A program made the position numbers and the translations under genes. A stretch of DNA of 64,000 nt, from the NCBI GenBank assembly GCA_950097015.1, contig CATNEN010000005.1, positions 1,178,001 to 1,242,000 on the forward strand, in the 5' to 3' direction. Under the pieces are notes generated by a model, which was not told where the DNA came from, searched no databases, and saw only the letters and a program-made list of their open reading frames with translations. This stretch comes from Macrostomum hystrix. Its lineage: Eukaryota; Animalia; Platyhelminthes. Shown here in pieces: positions 25,028 to 34,420 of the stretch (position 1 is the first letter of the stretch; every line of letters begins with the position of its first letter).

Positions 25028-28000
25028 TCAGATAAGATCGGCCACATTCATTGGCATCTCGTCAATCTGAGTTGAGTAGTACTGCTCAATGTCGCGCAGA
25101 ATTTTAATATCGTCGTTTTTAACAAAGCTGATAGCAACACCGCGACGGCCGAAACGACCCGAACGGCCGATGCGATGAATATAGAGCTCGCGATTATTTG
25201 GCAGATCGTAATTCACAACTAGGGACACGTGCTTAACATCAATGCCGCGGGCCCACACATCCGTAGTGATTAATAGGCGGGTAACGGTGGCCCTGAAGTC
25301 TTTCATGATGGCTTCACGCTCCTTCTGCGGCATGTCGCCGTGCATCATGGAGACGGTGAAGTTTGCCTCCTGTGTAAGCATTCGAGAGTGTTAACATAGT
25401 AGGATTTTGATTGCTTTCAAGGAATTGACTTCCTGAGAATCTAATCTCAAGGAATTGACTTCCTGAGAATCTCATCTCAAGGAATTGACTTCCTGAGAAT
25501 CTAATCTCAAGGAATTGACTTCCTGAGAATCTAATCTCAAGGAATTGACTTCCTGAGAATCTAATCTCAAGGAATTGACTTCCTGAGAATCTCATCTCAA
25601 GGAATTGACTTCCTGAGAATCTCATCTCAAGGAATTGACTTCCTGAGAATCTCATCTCAAGGAATTGACTTCCTGAGAATCTAATCTCAAGGAATTGACT
25701 TCCTGAGAATCTAATCTGAAGGAATTGACTTCCTGATAATCTCATCTCAAGGAATTGACTTCCTGAGAATCTCATCTCAAGGTATTGACTTCCTGAGAAT
25801 CTCATCTCAAGGAATTGACTTCCTGAGAATCTCATCTCAAGGAATTGACTTCCTGAGAATCTCATCTCAAGGAATTAACTTCCTGAGAGTCCCATCTCAA
25901 GGAACGGATTTCCTAGAATCCCATCACAAGAAACATATTTCTTAAAATCCAGACTTAAGCAACGAATTTCCTAGAATCACATCTCTTGAAATAGATTTCC
26001 TAGAATCCCATCTCATGGAACGGATTTCCTAGAATCCCATATCAAGGAACGGATTTCCTCGAATCCCATCTCAAGGAACGGATTTCCTAGAATCCCATCT
26101 CAAGGAACGGATTTCCTAGAATCCGATCTCAAGGAACAGATTTCTTAGAATCCCATCTCAAGGAACAGATTTCTTAGAATCCCATCTTAAGGAAAGGATT
26201 CATAGAATCCCATCTTAAGGAAAGGATCTCCTAGAATCCCATCTCAAGGAACGGATTTCCTAGAATCCCATCTCAAGGAACGGATTTCCTAGAATCCCAT
26301 CTCAAGGAACGGATTTCCTAGAATCCCATCATAAGGAACGGATTTCCTAGAATCCCATCATAAGGAACGGATTTCCTAGAATCCCATCATAAGGAACGGA
26401 TTTCCTGAGAGTCCCATCTCAAGGAACGGATTTCTTAGATTCCAGTCTTAAGCAACGGACTTCCTAGAATCACATCACATGAAACGGATTTCCTTAAATG
26501 ACAACTCATGGAACGGATTTCCTAGAATCACATCTGAAGGAACTAATCACCATAACAATACTGAACACGGGCAAAATTTTTCAGCTTTATCTGATGAAAT
26601 ATATTCATCTTCATATAGTTTTTACCTGCATCTTCTCGGCCAGCCATTCAACCTTGCGCTTTGTGTTGCAAAAGATGACAGCCTGGGATATGGTCATAGT
26701 GCCGTAGAGATCGCACAGAGTGTCATACTTCCATTCTTCGCGTTCGACGGCCACGAAGAATTGGCGAATGCCTTCAAGAGTCAGCTCGTCGCGTTTCACC
26801 AGAATGCGAACAGGATTGCTCATGAATTTCGATGTCATCTCCAGGATTTCGTGGGGCAGGGTGGCGCTGACTAGTACCACCTGGTAGGCCAGAATAAGAA
26901 ATCACTTCTTAACTTGATGCTAAGTAGCTTAAGGGTAGAGGTATACCTAGAAGTTGGCTGCGTGTTCACAGGGAAGAGGTTGGCTGGAGTTGTGTACATT
27001 GGGGGTAGAGGTTGGCTAGAGCTGTGTACATTGGGGGGAAGAGCTTGGCTGGAGTTGTGTACATTGGGGGAAGAGGTTGGCTGGAGTTGTGTACATTGGG
27101 GGAAGAGGTTGGCTGAAGTTGTGTACATTGGGGGAAGAGGTTGCCTAAAGTTGTGTATTATGGGGAGAGGTTTTGGCCAAGTTTGATTGCAATTTTGGGG
27201 TAGATATTTTTTTATCGTAACTATCTAGCTAATATCCAGCCAAAGTTCTTACCTGCGTGCCGGGCGGCAGGTACCTATAGACGTCGTAGATCTGTTCCTT
27301 GAAGCCTTTGTCCAGCATCTCGTCGGCCTCATCTAGAATGAGCATCTTGATGGCTCGGGTGCGCAAATTACGGCGCCGAATCATGTCAACAACGCGACCG
27401 GGCGTGCCGGCTACAATGTGCTGGCCGTAGTCCAACTTGCGCATATCCTCAGCAACATTGGTGCCACCGTATGAAGCGTGGCACTGCACGTTCATGTAGT
27501 CACCGATGGCTAGTACGACCTTAACGATTAGGATTGAATGATTGAAAGAGCATGTAGCTTAAATCGAAAGCAAGACCAACTGAACTGACCAAAGAACAGC
27601 GATGTACAGCGGGACCTATTTAATTAATAGAAAATAGCTACAGGAGGGCTGGTGATCATTTGGAATTCTGCCCATTTCGCTGAAACCTGAGCACACGTGC
27701 TCAAAAATACTGTATGCAGGCATACGCTTAAACAGGTGTATACATCTGCCCTTGACTATCTCATCGTCAGGCAGGGTACACTCTCACTGTGCCTTGGAGG
27801 TTGGCCCTCAAGGCCGTAAATTGTTCGAAGGCAACAAATGAATGTGGCCTCGCCGCGGAATCGAGCTCAGGGACCTTGGTGCGTAAAGTAAACGCGTTAT
27901 GTTTATGGAAATCATAACTGACTAAATCGCTTACCTTCTGAATCTGCAGGGCCAGCTCCCTAGTCGGAGCGAGAATGAGCACCTGAGTCTCCCTAGTCTG

Positions 28001-28279
28001 CGTGTCAATCACTTGCAGAGCGGAGATAGAGAAAGTGGCAGTCTTGCCAGTGCCACTCTGAGCCTGAGCGATTACATCACGGCCATTAACAATCTGCCTG
28101 ATGGCCCTCTGCTGAATAGCCGAAGGGCGTTCGAAGCCGTAGGCGTAGATTCCGCGCAGCAGTTCCGGCTTAAGCTTCATATCTTCAAAGCTGGCAGCTA
28201 TGGTGACATCTTCGGAGGTTTCAAACTCGATGTTCTTCATATCGTCTTCTAAGTCGCCGCTGCGTTGTGCTCTAGCCAT
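25028..28279 (-). CDS. EIF4A3: Eukaryotic initiation factor 4A-III (DDX48, exon-junction-complex DEAD-box helicase), 4 exons, 402 aa
   Basis: Exons 28279-27935, 27519-27253, 26880-26626 and 25369-25028, all phase 0 GT-AG. Motifs [36 protein letters not shown]. eIF4A3-diagnostic features: EFETSEDV N-terminus, [32 protein letters not shown]. Confidence 0.96.
25415..25880. repeat. 30-bp minisatellite (ATCTCAAGGAATTGACTTCCTGAGAATCTC) in eIF4A3 intron 3
   Basis: About 15 tandem units. Confidence 0.96.
25880..26540. repeat. 29-bp minisatellite (ATCTCAAGGAACGGATTTCCTAGAATCCC) in eIF4A3 intron 3
   Basis: About 22 tandem units, homologous to the adjacent 30-mer. Confidence 0.93.
26940..27180. repeat. 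32-33-bp minisatellite (TACATTGGGGGAAGAGGTTGGCTGGAGTTGTG) in eIF4A3 intron 2
   Basis: About 6-7 tandem units. Confidence 0.9.
27733..27899 (-). mobile_element. tRNA-derived SINE family A, copy 3 (eIF4A3 intron 1), with internal deletion
   Basis: Shares CTCATCGTCAGGCAG..ACACTCTCACTGTGCCTTGGAGGTTGGCCCTCAAGG and GTGGCCTCGCCGCGGAATCGAGCTCAGGGACCTTGGTGCG with the other copies. Confidence 0.82.
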
Positions 28280-28803
28280 TGTGCTAATGCTTTTTAGTTA
28301 AGTTAAGTTTTTCAAGTATTATTATATAGCTGGGTGAAAGCTGTACTGAAATGACAATGTAAAATCTGTGACTGTAAAATGCCTTAAAAAAACAATGGGA
28401 TGGTCAAAAACTGTATATTCTCATCGTACACTGTCACTGAACCTTGGGTAGTTAGGGTGCCTTAAAGGTTAGCTCCTGAAGTAGTCATGAAACTGAACAT
28501 TTAAAGGGCAATTTCTGAGAACAAGACACGAAAGAGCATTAGTGTCCGTATTAATCAATAGTAGCAGTGTTTTATTTATTTATAGTAAGACTATTTTTTT
28601 GTTTCTAAAATTGTTAGATCATAATCTACAAGCGCTGTGGATAAGCTACTGTTAGATAACAGAAAACACCTATTTTTTTCTTGTTATAACTATATATAAG
28701 CTGGGTGATATTTTACTAAAGTAGAACTTATTAAGGATACTAATGACGAAAAGTTAATCGAGCCTCTAACAGGTGAACTTTAATCAGTCGATCTAAAAAC
28801 CAG

Positions 28804-29017
28804 TTAATAAGCCCAAGGATCTTCGCCCTCGGGAATTTTGCGATGCTTGTACAATGCCGATTGGCCTTTTATGTAGCTGAAGTGCTGATAGAATGGTCTC
28901 TCAACCAGGTAGTAATAGCTGCCGGATATAGCCAAGGCCGTAGCAATGTTTAGCGAGAACTTAGGTAGCCGCCTAAGCAGCATCCTAGGCAAACTGTAGT
29001 AGCCACCATATTGAACC

Positions 29018-29019
<2 letters not shown>
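28804..29019 (-). CDS. 71-aa single-pass membrane protein, possibly a mitochondrial respiratory-chain accessory subunit (NDUFB1/MNLL-like C-terminus)
   Basis: MVQYGGYYSLPRMLLRRLPKFSLNIATALAISGSYYYLVERPFYQHFSYIKGQSALYKHRKIPEGEDPWAY. GC-elevated island in AT-rich DNA, with an acceptor (TTCAATTTGCAG) just upstream of the ATG and one hydrophobic helix. QSALY..R....E.PW recalls the NDUFB1 C-terminus. Identity is inference. Confidence 0.55.
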
Positions 29020-29054
<35 letters not shown>

Positions 29055-29597
29055 AAATTGAATTAAAACAAGTCAACAAATATAATTGTTATTTATAAAA
29101 TAAGCATTATCCTGTAAAAATTATATTGTACTTTATAATTAAAAATTGCACAAAGAGTGCATCTGTTTGCTAAGACATAATTTGTGTGCATTTTTAATAC
29201 ACAAATAATGTAATTTATGCTACATGCAAGAGGGATTAATAAATAGCATTTTAACTCATTTTGGTCTGAAATAAACATTCAATTGTCACTATATACTACG
29301 AGTATATTGATGGATCAATCTAGTTATAAGTGGCACAATTGTTAGTTATTAGAACAAAAATATTTACACACTTGATTGCTAAAAAATAAATTTTAGCAAT
29401 AGACTAATGAAATTTCTAAACTAAGCTTTGTTTTTGTTTGATTAATTTCTTTTTTGCTTAAAAGCCAATGTTTTTGTGAGGTCACTAGAAATATGGTAAA
29501 GTAAACTAATTTCAGAAATTTGTTTTAAAGGATATTCAAGCATTTAAATAATCTGAGTGGGTTATATAAATTTAGGCAATATGGTTTTATATTAGAT

Positions 29598-30197
29598 CAG
29601 GGGTAGGCAAACTTATTTGCTGGCGGGCCAAAGAGAGAACCTAAAAGACGACAGCGGGTCGCATTAACTGTATAAATATGAGATAGGGGAGAGATGAGAT
29701 TAGACACGGGAGAGATTAGACACGGGAGAGATTAGACACGGGAGAGATAAGACATGGGAGAAATTAGACATGGGAGAGATACGACATGCGAGAAATTAGA
29801 CACGGGAGAGATAAGACATGGGAGAAATTAGACACGGGAGAGATTAGATACGAGAGCGATGAGACACGAGAGAGATTAGACACGGGAGAGATTAGACACG
29901 GGAGAGATTAGACACAGGAGAGATTAGACACGGGAGAGATGAGACACGGGAGAAATTAGACACGGGAGAGATGAGACATGAGAGAGATAAGACACGGGAG
30001 AGATTAGACACGGGAGAGATTAGACACGGGAGAGATTAGATACGAGAGCGATGAGACACGAGAGAGATTAGACACGGGAGAGATTAGACACGGGAGAGAT
30101 GAAACAGGACTCTGTAGATGTCAGAAGGGGCAACGGGCTGGATTTGGGAGCTTCAAGGGCCGCATCTGGCCCGCGGGCCAGAGTTTGCCGACCCCTG
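29598..30197. mobile_element. Non-autonomous hAT (Charlie-like) element family H1 carrying an internal 16-bp minisatellite
   Basis: TIRs CAGGGGTAGGCAAAC / GTTTGCCGACCCCTG. 8-bp TSD TATTAGAT on both sides (29590-29597, 30198-30205). Subterminal GGCCCGCGGGCC. Internal (GAGAGATTAGACACGG)n. Confidence 0.93.
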
Positions 30198-30866
30198 TAT
30201 TAGATTCATGATACTAAAAATAACTTTTTTTAAACTAGGCATACAATAATCAAAATCCATTATCATCGGACTATAATTACAATCAAACAATTAATTATAT
30301 AAAATAATTAAATAATTATAATTATCATTATCAGTCTGTCTTGCTATACTCATAGCCTTGTGGTTTCTAGACACTTGAATCAACTTACCACTTTCTCACA
30401 ACATTTTTATGCACTTAAACATCCTACATTCTGGTCATCTACCATCAGTATTAATATAAAGACTATAAAATGTCAACCCTATTTAAAAATATATAGTCTA
30501 TGATGTTTTTCTGGTGCTAACTACAGAATCACAAAAATATTTTTGTTAATACAGTAGCTTTAATTGAAAATTAAATATCTAAGGTATACATGTAGTCACC
30601 CTCTTTGCATATTATGAGCTTACTAGCTTTTTTTGCCCGTTGTTTTTGGGGCAGAAATTTAAAGCAAAGCAGTAAGCAATTCACGTCTCTGTATTAACTT
30701 TATAGTGAAGGTCACCAATCACCATTTATTTATTTACTGCATTAATGAAAAGTGAAGAGTTTGTTTAAGGGCGTTTTAAGTAAAAAATAAGTGAAAAGTT
30801 TGTCCAAACAGCCCCCTCTTGATTACTTCTTTAGAAACATGTCTCTTAGCCACTCCTCTATACAGT

Positions 30867-31120
30867 CAGTGGCAGATCCAGGAATTTTGTTTTGGGGCGG
30901 TCTGTCAGGGGAGCGCCATGAGAATCACAGAGGGGGTGCCAGCAGCCGAAAAAGGGCGCCAGGAGCCAAGAAAGGGCGCCAGCGGCTGAAAATTGGGCGC
31001 CAGCGGCCGAAAAGGGGCGCCAGAGACTTCAAAGATGCCCTGGTGGGGGCATCTTATTCCCATGATTAAAATTTTGGGGGGGGGGCGACTGCCCCCCGCC
31101 CCCCCCTAAATCTGCCTCTG
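30867..31120. mobile_element. 254-bp hAT-type MITE family H2 nested in the Helitron
   Basis: Imperfect TIRs CAGTGGCAGATCCAG / CTAAATCTGCCTCTG. 8-bp TSD TATACAGT on both sides. Confidence 0.88.
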
Positions 31121-31272
31121 TATACAGTATGCATGTACACGCGTATACATAAGGAAAATAGCCATGGCATAACAATAACAATGTCAAAGAAACAAAATTA
31201 AACTGTTTCAGAGTTCAGAGTAAGACAGGTCAAGGTCAATTCGTGACTACTTTTCTATTAATTGCTTGCGAG

Positions 31273-32330
31273 TCACCTCAAGGCCTGGGGATACACCACA
31301 TTCTTCGTTCTTCCCCTTGGTGCGAAAATGAATAGGCCAGCTGGAGTTCCAACACGGGAGCAGGCGACATAAAGCTGCCCATGCGAGAAGCAAGGAGTCT
31401 CCAGGTTGATGCCAGCCACCTTCAGCGACTGTCCCTGAGCCTTGTTAATAGTCATCGCAAAGCACACTCTCACAGGGAACTGCAGTCGCTTGAACTGAAA
31501 TGGCAGGTCCGTGGGGATAATTGGAATCCGGGGAACGAACACAGACTCTCCTCTGCCAGATCCAGTCATTATCGTGGCCTCAATCACGTGTGGGAAGAGC
31601 CGCCTGACTATCAGTCTGGTGCCTTACACAGCCTTGGCGCATTCAGGTTGCGGAGGAGCATAATTGGTGCCCCAACTTTCAGCTGCAAGTTGTGCGATGG
31701 AGTTCCAGGAGGATCTAGAGAGTTCAGAAACTCAACAGGATACTCCACAGCGGTGTCATCAGTCAACGTTGTATCAATTGACTTGTAGGTTAAAACTGCA
31801 CCTGGCAACTCCTGAAGCAGTTAGTAGTTAATTTCGTTGGCGGCATCATTTCTAGGACACAGAATTGCCCTCTCTGACAGCCAGTCAACGTCAGCATATC
31901 GAACCATCAGGTTCGGGTAAACTTTTGCCTTGAGCTCCTGCACTGACTGCACAATGTTTCCGATTGTAGCGATCGATGACTGCCCATCCTCGGTGCTAAT
32001 CTCCAGCAGACCATTGCCGATTCGCAATAGATTGGCAGAGAACTCATGAGCTGTTTCGTCTCCTTGAATTGTAGCTCTCATGTTTGTTCGTAGGTGCAAC
32101 TTCACAACCGATGGCCACAGGTGAGATGATTTTAGGCAAGCATTAATCTAATCAGCAGGAGTGCCACGCGGAATCACAGGCAGCGTCTGTCTAAAGTCTC
32201 CAGACAGCAGCAGAGTGACACCACCCATCAGTTGGTTGCTGTTGCGCAGGTCTTTCAAAGTTAAGTTGAGTGCTTCAAATGCCAGTTTGTGGGACATGGT
32301 ACACTCATCCCAGACGATGAGCACTCAGTC
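31273..32330 (-). pseudogene. Helitron RepHel helicase (PIF1-like) C-terminal remnant with stops and frameshifts
   Basis: [102 protein letters not shown]. In-frame TAG near 32150 and frameshifts between ORF pieces. Confidence 0.93.
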
Positions 32331-33213
32331 TCAGTGCTGCTTGGGGGCCAGTAGACAGTCTAGGGGTTTGGGCTGTGTACATTCACGGCTTGAAATACAA
32401 TGTACAGTCTGGGGCTTCGGCGCCCGGGGAAGGGAGGGGGTGGCTGTAATAAAATTTGGCCCACAGAGTGGCGGAGGGGAGTTGGGGTGGCTGTCCTCGG
32501 AAAACAAAAAGTGACTCACTTTGAGATTATGCAGCTTTGCTCTGGATTGAGTAGAGATGTTCAAAATTGACAGCATTGTTGGAAAACATGTAAAGTGTAA
32601 GTGGATCAAATTTGGAGAAAATCTGACAAAGTGGTGCGACGATATGTCGAATTGAGTGATTTTTTGACGATTTGTGAGCAGTTTTTTGCACTTTTGAGCA
32701 GGAAGGAAATGATTTTTCGGGAATTTGAGTAGCCTATTGCACTCAGCGTAGGTGGTTTTAGGTATGTGCAAAGTTTGGTGCGATTTGGTTGAGCGGTTTC
32801 GGCGTCTATAAAGACAAAAGGTTGCACACACACAGACAGACAGACAGAGTTTTCACTTTTATATATATAGATAGTTAGTACCAGGCAACACAAAGAGTTA
32901 TAAGCCAAAAAGACAGTCTACAAAATCCAAAAAGGATGGAATTAGTGCAAATAATGTGGTGGTCATAATGCACAGTCAATAAAAACAAAACAAGTGAAAT
33001 TGTTAATACTTTTAGATATTTATTTTCCAGTCTAGTAGCCATGTAATCATGATGTGGCCTAAGAGTAACTACATGTACTGGGCCACTAGTAAGTTATTAA
33101 ACATACTAGTAAGTTATTAAACAATGTTGATAATCTGCAACCTAGCCATTTAAATATATAATTGACTATTGGACATAACATAACCAATCTGAAAGTCAGA
33201 CTTAAATCCCACC

Positions 33214-33522
33214 CATACATGTGCAACCTCCCAAATCTTAGCCGGCCATGCGACTTTGTTTTTGCTCTATTTACAACTTAGTTTGCTCTCATTTGCGACT
33301 TAGTTTGTTTCATTGCTCTATTTATGACTTAGTTTGCTCTCATTTGCTCTCTTTTTCTCTCCCCTTTTTCCTTTTCTTCACGACTTCCTTTTTTGTCCCT
33401 TGGTCCCCCTTTGATTTTTTGTGCTTGGTCAATTGGTTTTTGCGACTTACCTTGCTTGGCACTTGTTTCACCCGGCCGCTTCGGCCGGGTCGGCCGGGTC
33501 GGCCGGGTGTTGCGCATGTATG
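33214..33522. mobile_element. hAT-type MITE family H3, copy 1
   Basis: 14-bp TIR CATACATG(T/C)GCAAC / GTTGCGCATGTATG. 8-bp TSD ATCCCACC. Confidence 0.92.
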
Positions 33523-34148
33523 ATCCCACCATTGGCATCTCAGAATCTTAAAATGTCCCTTAAGCTATAGTAATCTTGCCATATACATTTTTGTGACACC
33601 AACACACAGATTTAGTATTGTAATAACTAAACAATACCCTGAAAAGCATTTTGCCTTGCATATTTAGCTCTTTAGTCTTGAATTTTTAGACTGATTCCAT
33701 GCAACATTATTGAAAATTACCTAGAGTAGGCCTTGCCTTCAAGTTTGTTTTTTGACACCACTTAGAGATTAAAAGCTCAGAGTGGTCTTTTTCTTAAAGC
33801 CAATCATTGTCTCATTTTGCACCTAGTTGACTTGGCTTTGCTTTTGGAAGCATTCTGGCTACATTTGATGCAAGCACTAGCTTTAAGTATAGACTAGTCT
33901 CTGTAACTTCCTAACCTTTTACTTGTTTACTAAGTTTTAAATAGTAACTGATAGGCTCATAATGCAACAACAGTGTAGTTAAAATGAAATACCACAGAAA
34001 GCACTAAAATAGAGTAGGTATGGCAACAATGGTATAAGGCCTAAGTCTAATGGGTTCCTAAACACTTATTCCTCAGTTATTTTCTTATCTTACACATTTT
34101 TAATCAACTTTTCAGATTGGACACTTGTTATCTAGCCAATTGGGAAAT

Positions 34149-34420
34149 CATACATGCGCAACACCCGGCCGAACCGGCCGGGTGAAACGAGGGCCAAGCA
34201 AGGAAAGTCGCAAAAACCAATCGACCAAGCGCCAAAAAATCAAAGGGGGGACCAAGGGACAAAAAAGGAAGGCGTGAAGAAAAAGAAAAAGGGGAGAGAA
34301 AAAGAGAGCAAATGAGAGCAAACTAAGTCGTAAATAGAGCAATGAAACGAACTAAGTCGCAAATGAGAGCAAAAACTAAGTCGCAAGGCCGGCTAAGATT
34401 TGGGAGGTTGCGCATGTATG
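34149..34420. mobile_element. hAT-type MITE family H3, copy 2 (inverted)
   Basis: Same TIRs and body in reverse orientation. 8-bp TSD TGGGAAAT. Confidence 0.92.

Larger units (their letters stand above)
30623..32871 (-). mobile_element. Internally deleted Helitron with both termini
   Basis: The minus-strand 5' end is A|TCTATATATATAAAAGTGAAAACTCTGTCTGTCTG (32871). The 3' end has a GCCCC..CGGGC hairpin (30635-30652) followed by CTAG|T (30623). Inserted in an AT dinucleotide. Contains a PIF1-like helicase remnant. Confidence 0.9.
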
